Origin: Eledone cirrhosa
Lineage: Eukaryota
Assembly: GCA_964016885.1 (NCBI GenBank)
Contig: OZ024740.1
Location: forward strand, 183,768,001 to 183,832,000
Direction of reading: 5' to 3'
Length of the DNA: 64,000 nt
Shown: positions 13,530 to 26,385 of the stretch, piece after piece
Layout of the letters: every line of letters begins with the position of its first letter
How positions within the stretch are numbered: the first letter of the stretch is position 1
Notes under the pieces: model-generated
What the model saw: the letters and a program-made list of their open reading frames with translations, nothing else
The model's database searches: none
Told to the model about the DNA's origin: nothing
Position numbers and translations under genes: made by a program

Positions 13530-13859
13530 TTATTAAAATAACAGATTAAAGTTTAAGCAAAGAATCGCTGCTTTCACCCTTAACGGGATCTTCTGAAACT
13601 AACAAAGTCAATCTGTCAACGCAGAACTGGATATTTAAAAAAACGTTGCAACCGGAGGAAGACAGGAAGACGATACTTTGTTTCGTGGAAACGTTCGCTG
13701 GCAAAGAACGGGAAAAAACGAATAGTACGTCATTAATAGGAGCGGTGAAAAACAATTACGCGCAAAGACAGAACCACGTTTATGGTATAAAAGAGGTCGT
13801 AGACTAATGTTCTCTTAGGTGGTGCATAGAGACGTTCTCCGGCAATGAACGAAAAAGGG

Positions 13860-15043
13860 CGCCAGTGACTCTGCGGAGGTTACTGATCTTATTGGGCTTT
13901 TCCTTCTTTTCTCTATCAAGGACGAGTTCCCCAACGCGGGCGGTGGTTTGTACCGTGACGATGGTCTTTTGAACATGACTAAGTGCGGACCTCGTGCTTG
14001 CGACAGGTTCAGAAAAGAACTCACAGCCTTCTTTAAAAGGCTCCAGCCTCTCTATACAGGTTGAGGCCAATCTCTCGGTCGTTAATTACCTCGACGTTAC
14101 CCTCAATTTATTGAATGGGTTGTATTACCCGTATAGAAAGCCGAATGATACGCTTAATTACATAAGTAAGCATTCCAACCATCCTGCCAGCATAACCAAG
14201 AACCTGGTAAGAAACGTTTCCTTGAGGCTTTCCCGTCTTTCCACCAACGAGCGCATTTTCAATGACTATTCAACTTATTACAATGAAGCTCTTGCTCGAA
14301 GTGGATTTGTCGATAAGGTAGCATATACAGAGTACGATTATAGACCTAGAAGAAATAGATCCCGTCGCATTTGTTGGTTTAACCCACGATATAATATGGA
14401 GGTGGCCACACCATTAGCTAAGATCTGTCTTTCCCTTATTACGAAGCATTTTCCCCCTACATATAAATATAGTAACATTTTTAATAGAAATATTATTAAA
14501 ATTTCTTACTCGACGACTCCTAACTTTGCACATAATATCACAGCTTCAAATTTAGCTAAACTACCTAGCCGTAGGAATACGTGCAACCCTGTAGTTAGTA
14601 CTAACTGTAATTGTAGGAATCGGGCTGATTGCCCCCTATCCGGGAAATGCCTCTCTAGTAACATTGTCTACAATTGTAAGGTTGTAACACCCACGTCCCG
14701 TAGGGCCCACATAGGGTTAACCGACAATAGTTTCAAGCAGCGTCTTTACATGCATACCCATTCTTTTCGTTACCATCTAAGAAGGAATATGACGTCACTT
14801 TCAGCTTATATCTGGAGTCTAAAAGACAACCACACCCAATATAAATTACACTGGGACATCCTAGCTGGGGCTAGATCGTATAACGGAAATAAAAGACCAT
14901 GTGACCTCTGCGCTGCTGAGCCTCTGAAAATACTCTACGCCAAAGACATCTTAAACAAAATATCTGAGGCAATTTCGGCTTGTAAACATAAATTGCACAA
15001 AACTTTACTGTATTACAGCCCCACATTATACCCTAACGGATAG
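13860..15043 (+). pseudogene. PLE RT C-terminal half + GIY-YIG
   Basis: AEVTDLIGL, GGLYRDDGL, VNYLDVTL, PYRKPN, SNHP, CNCR..CPL..KCL, HIG.T..FKQR and CDLC. Frameshift near 14040. Confidence 0.9.
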
Positions 15044-15954
15044 TACGAACTATACGCGGATATTATACGTCTTGATGTGGTAGCTAAGTATATGTTATAT
15101 TTATACCATTACTTATTTGTAAAGGTAAGTATATATTACCTGTATGTTTTGCGAAGGTATGTATACCTTCTCGTACGTATATTTGATTGTTATGGCGTAT
15201 AATTGTTATATATTCTGGTATTTAGGGTTTGGCTATGTGTATACGGGAGTTTTGCGTCTGCGTGAGTATGCAGGTTCGTACGTATGGTGGGTGTGTGTAT
15301 ATGTGTACTTCTTATTTTAGTTGACTTACGTCTCCGAACATTCGTGTATTTATATGTAGGTACGTGTGTGCGCTTGTTATATACGTATTTATTTACTTAT
15401 ATACGTTTATATAATTATTTATTTATTTGTACACAAGCATACACACACATACATATTTATATGTGCGTGGTTTTGTATACCTATGTTAAGGTTTTGCGTA
15501 TGCTTGTGCATGTACGTATTTGTTTGAGTGTATGTATATATTTATTTCTATTACTCCTGTATTGTATTTATTTACTTTGTTCTTAACTCTGTAGCGGAGA
15601 TTCATTTGGTCTCCTAGTTAGAATTTTAGTCTACCACTTCTGCTATACCATTTACGTGGTTTTGTCTTTGCGTGCTATTGTTCTCCACGCTCCACATATG
15701 ACTTATTAACTTCATTTTTTCGTTCATTGCCAGAGAACGTCTCTATGCACCACCTAAGAGAACATTAGTATACGACCTCTTTTATACCATAAACGTGGTT
15801 CTGTCTTTGCGTGTAATTGTTTTTCACCGCTCCTATTAATGACGTATTATTCATTTTTCCCCGTTCTTTGCCAGCGAACGTTTCCACGAACCAAAGTATC
15901 GTCTTCCTGTCTTCCTCCGGTTGTAACGGTTTTTGAAATATCCAGTTCTGCGTT

Positions 15955-16032
15955 GACAGATTGACTCTGTTAGTTTCAGAAGATCCCGTTAAGGGTGAAA
16001 GCAGCGATTCTTTGCTTAAACTTTAATCTGTT
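15955..16032 (+). ncRNA. Hammerhead-like motif with CAGAAGA core (copies 13540-13617, 28385-28435, 31778-31828, all minus)
   Basis: gacagattga-(bulge)-agttt-CAGAAGA-t ccc gttaa ggg t-GAAA-gca...tgc-TT-aaact-ttaatctgtt. Confidence 0.72.
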
Positions 16033-16129
16033 ATTTTAATAAATATTTGCTCTACGGTTCTTATACATTTTATATATATGTATCTTTATTGAGCCCTCTT
16101 TGTATTATAGTCTTCAATTTTATTATTAT

Positions 16130-16201
<72 letters not shown>

Positions 16202-16367
16202 CTATCGCACGCAGTCTAGTATTGCCTGTATGAAGTGACCGGGTTTCTGCGCATGCGCGTTCGCAGCTTGTCTTTCCTGTTTCTATAACCATGCCTAATC
16301 CGAGCTGAGGATCCGCTAAGGTGAAACAATTGTTCGTGGTATGGTGAACTAACTGTTGTATAACCAC

Positions 16368-16403
<36 letters not shown>

Positions 16404-16603
16404 CGTTGTTAAACAATATTCGATGATTATGTCAAAGAATGAGTTTTACAGTAGATTGGAAGCACTCAACGAAAAATAATTTTCAAGAGTTATTAATATT
16501 AAAATATATGTATTAATAAAATAGATGTTCTTTTGATCAATTACATTTTATTATACATATTTCGTATGTACAACAGTACGCCCTCATCAGACAAAATATA
16601 ATT

Positions 16604-16785
16604 GTTTCTACTTTAGGCACAAGGCCAGCAATAACCCAGTGCATTACTGGTACTTTATTTTATCAACCCCGTAAGGATGAAAGGCAAAGTCAACCTCGGC
16701 GGGATTTGAACTCAGATCGTAAAGGGACGTAACTATGCTGGAAAGCATGGCGTCCGACCCTCTACCGATACTGCCAATCCACCGA
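16604..16785 (-). mobile_element. tRNA-derived SINE
   Basis: aaggatgaaaggcaaagtcaacctcggcgggatttgaactcag reads as a B box (gagttcaaatcc) on the minus strand. Confidence 0.7.
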
Positions 16786-16945
16786 CAAAATATAATGATA
16801 CATGACATACACTGAGATGTTAAATGGTTAAGATTTAATCAAGGTTGTGATTACCCGATAGAAAATTTTACTTATATAACATCTGTGTGAAAGTGCGAAA
16901 ACGTAATGAATTCATTAGAGAATGTGTGAGTAAGAAAAAACGTTG

Positions 16946-17145
16946 NNNNNNNNNNNNNNNNNNNNNNNNNNNNNNNNNNNNNNNNNNNNNNNNNNNNNNN
17001 NNNNNNNNNNNNNNNNNNNNNNNNNNNNNNNNNNNNNNNNNNNNNNNNNNNNNNNNNNNNNNNNNNNNNNNNNNNNNNNNNNNNNNNNNNNNNNNNNNNN
17101 NNNNNNNNNNNNNNNNNNNNNNNNNNNNNNNNNNNNNNNNNNNNN
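16946..17145. other. Assembly gap (200 N)
   Basis: Run of N. Confidence 1.
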
Positions 17146-17268
17146 GTAAGTCTTGAACGTTTTCCTGTGGGCATAACGATGTGTAACGAAGCTGTTAGGT
17201 TAGAGAGGGGTGATTAAGTCCAGATTCGCTAGTATGGGAAGGTTTGGAAATATGATTATAATAACTTA

Positions 17269-17526
17269 CCGGAATTTTCCGGCCTATAGAGTGCACTTAA
17301 AATACCTAAATTTCATAAAAAAAACAGCTCTGCGCTTTATACTCCGGTGAGCCTTATGTATAAATAATACAATGGTAATCAATCACGGCTCTAACCGAAG
17401 TAATAGATCTAGACTAAAAGTAAAAAAGATAGCATTTTCCTGGTTGTCCCTTACACACCGTTGCGCGGACCTGATTTTAAATGATACGCCTTATATCCGG
17501 TGTGCCTTATAGAGCGCAAAATAAGG
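17269..17526. mobile_element. pogo/Tigger-like MITE
   Basis: TA|ccggaattttccggcctatagagtgcac ... gtgccttatagagcgcaaaataagg|TA. Imperfect TIRs with a TA duplication. Confidence 0.6.
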
Positions 17527-18401
17527 TATCTATTGGAAAATAATACGAATTCTTGAACAAGGTGTGACAAAATTGGCGTCTATAGAGTGCCTGAAACAAA
17601 CTTGTCCAAAACCCAGGGATCTTTCTCGTTAAGTATCCACCAAAAAGGAACCGTTTGTTAGTTACAAAAAAATAGCCAAAGTGAATAGTAGCGATATTTC
17701 TGAAATATCATGCCAAAAAGAACAATATATTCAAAAGATTTTCTAAAGTACATTCAATCTCTCTTTTTGACCGATGTCTTAATAAGCAAATTATCGATTT
17801 TTTATTAACTGTCAGTGTTTATCTGCATGCAGGTGTGTACGTGTGCGCAATCAATTGCACTGCATGCAGATGGTCTCTGACAACTAATTAAAAATTAAAG
17901 AACAATAGCAATTTGCAAATACACTCGTAACATTTAGTCGTAAACAGAACAAAAACTGCCATTAGAAGTGCGCTAATAATTGAAAAGACACAAACCCTGG
18001 TGAACTTTCGTTTAAAAACCCGAAAACTTATTCACTTCCTGTGCAAAAGGCTGTGACAAACAGCCCGAATTACGCCGTACAGTGTTCGGCAACCATCGTC
18101 GCCCTTTTGTTCAACACTGACACAGGAACGATGTACTAGTCAATGCGGGCTGTTTGTTTACAAACAATCCGAACATTATAATAAATGTTCTGTAAAGTCA
18201 TACGTACATATATATATGTATGCATGTATATATACATACTCCTGTACGTCCGTATACTTATATGTATGTACGTATACATACTTACATTTAAGTATCAGCC
18301 GTACTAAGAGTGAGAAATGAAATTTCGTTTCATTCTTTTCCATTTATCGTTTTCGGTACGCCCAGCTGACTAACTCACTCGATATGCAAATTAGGCTGCT
18401 C

Positions 18402-18740
18402 ATTTACACCAACACCTCAGCCGTCTTTTTTCATTCAAATTAGAAGCTATAAACTTAGCGACTGTAATGTCAAGTAAGGATATTTTCTAAACAGCGAGTT
18501 GGTTTGAAATTATTAGAAATGTAAGCTATCGCCGTATTTTGACTAAAGAAATTAAAGAAATTATTTAGCCTGATAGTGGGGTTAAGAACCCTCAGAGAAA
18601 TGGAAAAAGATGAGTATTGACGTACCTGTACATCAATACTCATCTTTTTTCCATTTCTCCGAGAGTTCTTAACCCCACTATCAGGCTAAATAATTTCTTT
18701 AATTTCTTTAGTCAAAATATGGCGATAGCTTACATTTCTA
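18402..18740 (-). mobile_element. Copy of the tRNA-cassette repeat family (see 46951-47441), with inverted end
   Basis: 18402-18625 is homologous to 47030-47243 in reverse. 18632-18740 is an inverted duplication of ~18515-18620. Confidence 0.8.
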
Positions 18741-18744
18741 TATA

Positions 18745-19166
18745 TATGTATATATATATATATCAATGTATATATAGTGTATTTTTCAATACATTGAATG
18801 CTTAATTAAAAGCATTTCGAAGAACTTACGCTATTGTTTTAGAGTAGTGACAGTCTCACTTAATTTAATTTTCAGCAAACAGGGGAGATAAAGCTGTCAA
18901 AGCACTGTTTGGCATATTTTAGTGCGTATCAAAGCTAAATATTCCTCCAGTTTGCTGAAAATCCTGAATGTCTGATTCTTGTAGAATTCTAGTAATAATC
19001 AGGAACTGATTATACAGAGCGGTTGCCGGTCAAGCAGGATATTAAACATTAGAATTGGTGTTCTGAAATAGCGATATATATATGAATGTATATATAGTGT
19101 ATTTTGCAATACACTGTATGCTTAATTAAAAGCATTTAGAAGACCTTGCGCTATTATTTTAGGGTA

Positions 19167-19168
<2 letters not shown>
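18745..19168 (-). mobile_element. Family B short PLE-type repeat, partial tandem (other copies 40505-41135; relative at 46245-46680)
   Basis: About 100 bp is repeated at ~18750 and ~19072. Contains a degenerate hammerhead at 18869-18961. Confidence 0.8.
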
Positions 19169-19213
<45 letters not shown>

Positions 19214-19222
19214 AAAAAGTAT

Positions 19223-19305
19223 GACCCCGACGGCAGAGCTCAAGCCGTTTCGACGGCTATTTCTGGACTAAATTAGAATAAATAGCCGAACTTTTCAAAG
19301 GGGTA
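19223..19305 (-). ncRNA. Hammerhead, U3-A8 core, extended stem II (family C)
   Basis: ccct-TTGAAAA-gttcggctattt...aaatagccgtc-GAAA-cggc ttgagctct gccg-TC-gggg. Confidence 0.75.
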
Positions 19306-20182
19306 CTTCCTTATATGGGAAGATTGTAGTTGTCAAGAGGTTTGGTTAAAATTTGTTGTAAACACAAATAAGTCTATCATGGCATTTGGTAGGAGGTAGG
19401 GGTGGCTGAACTTGCTTGTATAACAATAGGGGAGTGAGTGGAGCGGTCAAGCGTTGAAAGTGATATGTATACAGCATATTCTAAGGCTAGTGTATGATGT
19501 GGAGGAGGGAGGTTATAGAATAGGTAAATCGAATGAGAGTAGGAGATAATAAAATTATAATAGAAATAAAAAAAAGATATTTAAAATTAGATAGTGAGAA
19601 ATGCTTCTTCCCCATGTTTATTTCCACAACCTATTTTCTTCCTCGTCTGCTTCTCCTCTTTGCCTACCCTGGTGCAGCCCATCGGGCCTCTGTAGCATCA
19701 GTTCCCCCACCCCTGTAAGTTTAAGATAGAATTAGCCGAATACGCTTTACTAACTACATATAGCAGACGTGTTAAACCCCTTTAATTCTGTATCACTTCT
19801 GGTAGTACTCAATTTCTACAAGTCTTTTCTTTTCTCAACTTATTAACCGGTAATTGTAATATAGCATTGTGATTTTTTTAATTCGTTTCTCACTATCTAA
19901 TTTTATATATTTTTTTATTTATTTCTATTATCTTTTATTGTCTCCTACTCTCATTCTATTTACCTATTCTATAACCTCCCTCCTCCACTTCATTCACTAC
20001 CCTTAGAATCTGCTCTATACATATCACTTTCAGCGCTTGACCGCTCCACTCACTCACCTACTGTTCTACAGGCAATTTCAGCCCCAAATACCCCCCACCA
20101 AATGCCACGATAGACTTATTTGTGTTGACAACAAATTTTAACCAATCCTCTTGACAACTACAATCGTCCCAAATAAGGAAGT

Positions 20183-20280
20183 CCCCCCTTGAAAAGTTCG
20201 GCTATTTATTCACCAGGCTAAACATTCTAATTTAGTCCAGAAATAGCCATCGAAACGGCTTGAGCTCTGCCGTCAGGGTC
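20183..20280 (+). ncRNA. Hammerhead, U3-A8 core, extended stem II (family C)
   Basis: cccc-TTGAAAA(20189-95)-gttcggctattt...aaatagccatc-GAAA-cggc...gccg-TC-aggg. Confidence 0.75.
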
Positions 20281-20370
20281 ATACTTTTTCATATTTCCCA
20301 CTCTACTACGCTAAGTATAGAGTACTCTGGTGCGTTATAGTCCATTTGTTGCCTTACCACAATTCCTTTG

Positions 20371-20460
<90 letters not shown>

Positions 20461-20776
20461 AGATAAGCAGAACAAGTAAAATTCAACCAATTTTTCAAAA
20501 TAAATCAAAACTAATTTACAATTAAAATTAATCAAAATTAAAAAATATAATATAAACATTTACCTATTCAAATGGCCCTTACTGTACAGTTTCACTTTGC
20601 AAAACATTAGATATCACATGGATATTAATGGAAAAACAAAGATCATCAGAGAAGCATTTTCTTTTCCTAGGGTTAAAAACCTCAGGAACGATAAAATATA
20701 TGACCTCGTCTCCAACTGACACAGGATATATATATATATATATAAATATATATATATATGTATATATATAAATATA

Positions 20777-20866
<90 letters not shown>

Positions 20867-20969
20867 AAGTTTCACGACCCCGACGGCAGAGCTCAAGCTG
20901 TTTCGACGACTATTTCAACGAGCTAATTGGTTTGTTGATTATTCAACAATATATATATATATATATATA

Positions 20970-22010
20970 TGCAAAAGTTTTATTTAAGATTGTTGGGTTA
21001 CAACGAGTAAATATTTTATAACTGATATAAAAGCACTTAACAGTTTCTGGAGTAGGTTTACGATATTAAACAAATGGAAACTATATTTATAAAACTATAT
21101 TTATTTCGTTATATATATTTCTGGGATATCATATTAAAAATATGTTATGCCTTCCTCAGACAAAATACAATACATAAGCTGTTTTATAAATAATTAGTGA
21201 CATACCTTTTAAAAAGTTGATTTGGTAGTGAAACTGTTATGATAGTTATATAGAAAGAAAACGAAGATGAGAAGAAGAAGATGAAGAGATGTATGCAAAT
21301 AAAAAAAGAAGAAGATGAAGGGATGTATGCAAAGAAAAACAACGGAGCGTGACAGAGAGACAAGGAGAGAGAAATATATTGATGGTGAGAAACATAGTAG
21401 GCTGCTTTTTGACAGATGATCATCGTATATGTGAGAGGTTAAGGGAAGGGATACAGTTAAATTAGTGTATAGGAGAAAAAGAAAGAAAGATGATATATTT
21501 AAAATATATTAAAAATATATTATGTCTCATCCATTTGAATTATCAATTTTTATGAATTAGGTATTATAATGTAAATATCAGTATTCATGAATGAGACACA
21601 TATCTATAATGTGTGAAAAAAAATGACCACATGCTCAGTTAAAAATGTTTAGATCTATAAGCAAAATCTGAGATAAAACTTCAAACATAAGTATATATGC
21701 ATTCTCGTGAAAAAAGAGAAAAGATAAGGTTATCTCAAATTCAAGTTGATAAATATAGACGCACATGTGAACCTACGTGATACGCTGCACTGATTCTTAT
21801 ATTTCATGAAAAACTTCAATGCGTTAGAAAAGATTCCACCCTATATACATTTACATACATATATACATATATATAGACACAAAACATACAAGATATACAT
21901 TAACATCTAAAATAACATTCCAGCCTCACTTGCATGATCATCGATCAAGCATAGAGTAGACAACAGATATCAATATTAAAATTAAAAACGTCAAGAATAT
22001 CTTCGTCACT
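20970..22010 (-). mobile_element. Solo pLTR/3' UTR fragment related to the 6704-10565 family
   Basis: Homology to the tail (gttgggttacaacgagtaaatatt) and to the hammerhead region (ggaaactatatttataaa...ccttcctcagacaaaatac). Confidence 0.75.
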
Positions 22011-22180
22011 CCACAGAGTATCTAGGGATACATAGTATCAAGAGAACATAGTATGCCACGAAACGGCTTGAGCTATGCCGTCGAGGTCCTGAACCTTTTC
22101 CTATTACCCACTCTACTACCCACAGTATCGAGTACACTGGATCGTTATGGTCCACCTGATTCCTTACCACACTTCCTTCG

Positions 22181-22217
<37 letters not shown>

Positions 22218-22679
22218 GATTGATAGTCGGGTTTAGAACCCTTTTAGAACCCTCCCAAGAAATGGTAAAATATATATGTATGGGTGTATGCACATACATA
22301 CACAAATAAGAAATACATATATAGTTATTCACACACAAGCTAGCACACATCCACATATACACATACACTGTTACAATTAATGACTAATTGAACGCAAAAG
22401 TAAACAGCTATGACCTCATAGTTAGAAAATGTGATATACATGTTAACAAGGCCCCATCTCACCACCATACCGACTTAAATGTCGACAGATTTGGTAGGGG
22501 CCCTCGTTGAAAGCAGGTAAAGCTGGCAATCCCTGTAATTGATTTACAACGCAATATACGTATAAGTATTATATTTTCTTTCAACTTTATATCTACTATA
22601 TCAGTTTAGTTTTGACGATTACACATGGGACGACAGAAACATTTCTTAAATACTGCCATAAAGCTTCTTATTTTTTTTG

Positions 22680-22732
22680 TTGGTTTTTGTTTTTGTTGTT
22701 GTTTTGTTGGTTTTGTTGCTCTTTTATTGTCG

Positions 22733-22795
<63 letters not shown>

Positions 22796-22965
22796 TTGTT
22801 TTTGTTGTTGCTGTTGTTGTTGTTGTTGTTGTTGTTCTTCTTCTTCTTCTTCTTCTTCTTCTTCTTCTTTTTCTTCTTCTTCTTCTTCTTCTTCTTCTTT
22901 TTCTTCTTCTTTTTCTTCTTCTTCAGCTGCTGCTGCTGCTGTTGCTTCTTTTTCTTTTTTCTTTT
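22680..22965. repeat. Compound (GTT)n-(CTT)n microsatellite (similar at 24440-24521 and 27260-27375)
   Basis: Visible trinucleotide runs. Confidence 0.95.
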
Positions 22966-23274
22966 TCTTTATCTTTAAGAATGTATGATGCAATTTCTGG
23001 TTGATCTGGTTGATCTGGTAGTGGCCCTCGTTCTTTTTCTTTTTTTGTTCTTTTTTCTTTTTCTTTTTTTCCTCTTTTTCTTTATCTCTTCTTCTCCTCC
23101 TCTATCTTCTTCTTAATAAAGGAAAACTGAGACAATAACTGTAAGTGTAAAAAGAGAAAATGGACATACTGAAGGACCAGGGAAATACAGTGCGACAAAG
23201 CTGGTCATTAGATTTACAGGCAAAGCCTATGCAATGGATTACCAAATTTCTATATCAAACACAGATTGATCCAA

Positions 23275-23375
23275 AACTGTGATAAAAGACACTTGCTCAA
23301 GATGCTACGGAGTAGCGTCGAAACCCATGACCTAATGATTGCGAAGCAAACGTCTTCACCATTTCGCCATGCTAC
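23275..23375 (-). mobile_element. Degenerate SINE head fragment
   Basis: aaagacacttgctcaagatgc...tcgaaacccatgacc...gattgcgaagcaaac resembles the SINE at 53425-53690. Confidence 0.55.
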
Positions 23376-23644
23376 GGTCGCAAAGGAAGAAGTTGAATAA
23401 AAATATCAATGGAAAGAAGAAAGAGAATAGCGAGAAGAAATGTAAAAAATCAAGGGAATCAATTAAAAGATAAAGAAAAGAAGCGATTATTCTTTTACTA
23501 TTTGTTTATGTTGTAAAATATATTCAAACTTGTTACTTTGACTTCACATACCAGGATAGTTTATCACTTGTTACCAAATTAGCCAAGATTATCTTTTGTT
23601 TATGTGTACATGCATTCAGACATAGATACATACGCCCACAAACA

Positions 23645-23694
<50 letters not shown>

Positions 23695-23696
23695 TA

Positions 23697-23767
<71 letters not shown>

Positions 23768-23769
23768 GA

Positions 23770-24125
23770 AGGAGGATAGAGTACTCGATAAAGATGTAGA
23801 GGTTAAATATTCATTTATTATGACCAAGAGTTTGCTTAACTGGGATAAGTCAGAGTGCTTGAAAATCGGTACATTGAGAGGCGAAGCCATGCAGGCGAGT
23901 AGAAATATCTGCCATTTGACCGATAGTCCGGTTTAAAAAGTTAGAGTTTGGTTTTGTCCGGAGCTCTAGATAAACAAAGACTGAAAGGGGTTCACAAACA
24001 AGGTAGTCAATCTCACATAGAAATGAACAAAGAGAAAGCTATCCCTCAGAGATCAGGTGGAGGAGGCAAACACGTGCATCGTTTCGGTGGTATATTGCCC
24101 GCTGACCGTCGCACCATGCCACTAA
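23770..24125 (+). pseudogene. Tx1/L1-like LINE RT C-terminal fragment
   Basis: LNWDKSECLKIG and, in a shifted frame, RKLSLRDQVEEANTCIVSVVY match the post-RT 'INxxKS...W..R.LSL.GR' pattern. Confidence 0.55.
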
Positions 24126-24129
24126 AAAT

Positions 24130-24440
24130 CACCTGATATCACTATTTGTATTGCGTGTTGTTACTGCATTACCAAGAACAGCTCTGCGTGAAGTGGATAA
24201 GTGCAGTATTGTTTTTGTGTTGCTATTTCTATTGTTTGAAATATGTGTGTAGTGCCTAGTAGTGCTATTTACTGTATGCTGTAAATATGTGTAAGTCCTG
24301 GGGGTTTTGATTATGAATCTGTCTGTGTGCTTTTTATCATTACCAGAACAATTATTATTAAAGGTATTGTTTCTGTTTTCATCATCCATATTTGGGTTGT
24401 TTCTATCTTCAGAGCTTTATAGTTGGACAATTCCTTCATT
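24130..24440 (-). pseudogene. R4/Dong-type (RLE) LINE 3' fragment
   Basis: KELSNYKALKIETTQIWMMKTETIPLIII.LVMIK matches the 'EK..KY..L..EI..MW...T..IP.IIGALG' C-terminal motif. Confidence 0.6.
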
Positions 24441-25611
24441 TTCTTCTTCTTCTTCTTCTTCTTCTTCTTCTTCTTCTTCTTCTTCTTCTTCTTCTTCTTC
24501 TTCTTCTTCTTCTTCTTCTTCTTTGCTTTCATACTTCCGTGGTCGATAAAAGGTGTAGCTGTCAAGTACTAGTGCTGCTCAAACGGAGTCTACTTTCTCT
24601 CAAAATGTATGGCCATGTGGCAATGTTAAAAGTTATGTGTTATCACGTATGGAGCAAAACCAGTTATCAGTCAAACCTATTATAAAGATTGAATCTCACT
24701 CCAATTTCTTTTGGCGAGGATGAATATGTAGACTTTTACCTAGTACTCATCGTGAGAAAATTGCGTGGTGGATGTACTGGGAATGTTTGAGGAGAAATTC
24801 TTTCCTCTACGGCTAAACTCTCATTAACAAGTACAACTTGAAGACGAAGCAATATGAAACAGAAGAAGGTGCTGCAAATTTTACGAAAACGGAATGTCGG
24901 AGCAGACGGTGAGATTACTGTAGCTTACCATACCTAACGACGAATATATAGCTTAATATGAGTTTGGCAGTTGAGAAATGTTTGCATTCTGTATTCTAAT
25001 TGTGGGTTTATAGTCAGTGGTTGCACGAACCGAAAATTGAATATTATGACTGGAATTGAGTTGTTCTATTCTAAATACTCTTCTCACTATCTTCAAATTC
25101 ACATCGGCAGGTTGAAACCACATCGCTGTAAATTTTATAGTCTTGCCATTGTTTATTTTTGAGAGATTCACTTGAAACAGTATTTCTTACATCCAGATAT
25201 CCTGAACCATTTACAGCTACTGGACCATTCGAAGAAAGGAAAAGCAAAAGTAGTATGATACTGAATATTTTATATCAATACACATTTGCTTTAGTGACTT
25301 AATCTCCAATACCTCAACAAATTATGATGAATACGCACTTCTTCTGAAGTGTTTCGATAACAACGAAATGTTTTAAAATGTGTAATCTATAATTGTGAAG
25401 GTAAAATAATGTAGGGTACCTCGTAATATACTTTTAATATATTTATTTATACATTCTTTTAACATAAATTTCTATATATGTTATATGTATATGTTTATTT
25501 GTAATATATTAAAAACAATTACTTTTATTTTGCTTTGAAGGTTCTTATAAGATTTGAAGGCAGGGATGTTCATGTATTTACCAAAGCTATTATAGGCATA
25601 GGCTAGAGGCT

Positions 25612-25770
25612 CACATAGTCAGGTGGTTGAGAAGCTGGATCTACACACGTGAGATACCGAATTCTATCTAACTCTGTGGTACCTTGGTTAAGAGTCTTGA
25701 CTATAGCCTGAAGTCAACGTAAGCTCTGTGAATAAAACTTTGTAAGAAAATATATGGAAATCCATTGGAT
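25612..25770 (+). mobile_element. Degenerate SINE
   Basis: tRNA-like head (atagtcaggtggttgagaagc...) followed by ccttggttaagagtc...ctatagcc. Confidence 0.5.
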
Positions 25771-25919
25771 AGATGGACTATAACTATGATTCAAATATCT
25801 AGCAGTATTACATATTCTGTCATGCTGATTGGGTTTGGGAATTACGTTAAGTATGCACGTGTATGTATAATATTATAATAGGTGAATATTCATCCATTCA
25901 TACATTAAATTAGTTTAGT

Positions 25920-26385
25920 TAACACGAAGAAATGTGACTGATAAGTTTCAGAAAGCCGGTAAAATGCGGTAAAAATATAATATTCTCATTCTTTGCGCTT
26001 TATATAAAGCGCAAAGGATGACAAATAAAACCAAACAAATTAATGCTTTGCTCTCAATATATTTCAACATGGTATACCAGGCTATTACCCTCCGTCTAAA
26101 GGCAAAACAAAAACAGTTGCAAACAAAACAAATGATCGATATGTTCTTCCCTAACTGGTCTAAGTATCTAAAATACGCCTGCTTAGAGTGGTTACAGTAG
26201 TCAATCCGATTCGTGCTTTTCCAATATTTTATTTACTCGCGGCTTTTTCTTGTTGAGACCTGAAATATTTTTTTGAAATATACCAGGTAAAATTGTTTTA
26301 TTTGTCATCCTTTGCTCTTTATATATTTTCTTCCCCATTATACCGACTTTCTGAAACATCAGTGATTTATTTATACATTAACTTA
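25920..26385. mobile_element. Putative MITE with long imperfect inverted termini
   Basis: ctgataagtttcagaaagccggtaaaatg pairs with cattataccgactttctgaaacatcag. caaaggatgacaaataaaac pairs with gttttatttgtcatcctttg. Confidence 0.55.

Larger units (their letters stand above)
13530..16132 (+). mobile_element. 5'-truncated Hydra-clade-like PLE with inverted pLTR
   Basis: 13530-13856 is an inverted copy of ~15715-16045. Same family as 28270-32752. TA flanks. Confidence 0.92.
19212..20352. mobile_element. Family C non-coding PLE-type element with ~400-bp inverted arms
   Basis: 19215-19605 is inverted relative to ~19880-20288. The right arm has a 3' tail to 20352. Relatives at 20872-20915, 22055-22183 and 57601-58357. 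Confidence 0.85.

Noticed and set aside
16872-17174. ORFs spanning X residues
   Set aside because: These are artefacts of the N gap.
17590-18400. Possible enhancer or promoter (octamer ATGCAAAT at ~18384, E-box CAGATG)
   Set aside because: Short motifs like these are expected by chance, and no gene or conservation evidence is available.
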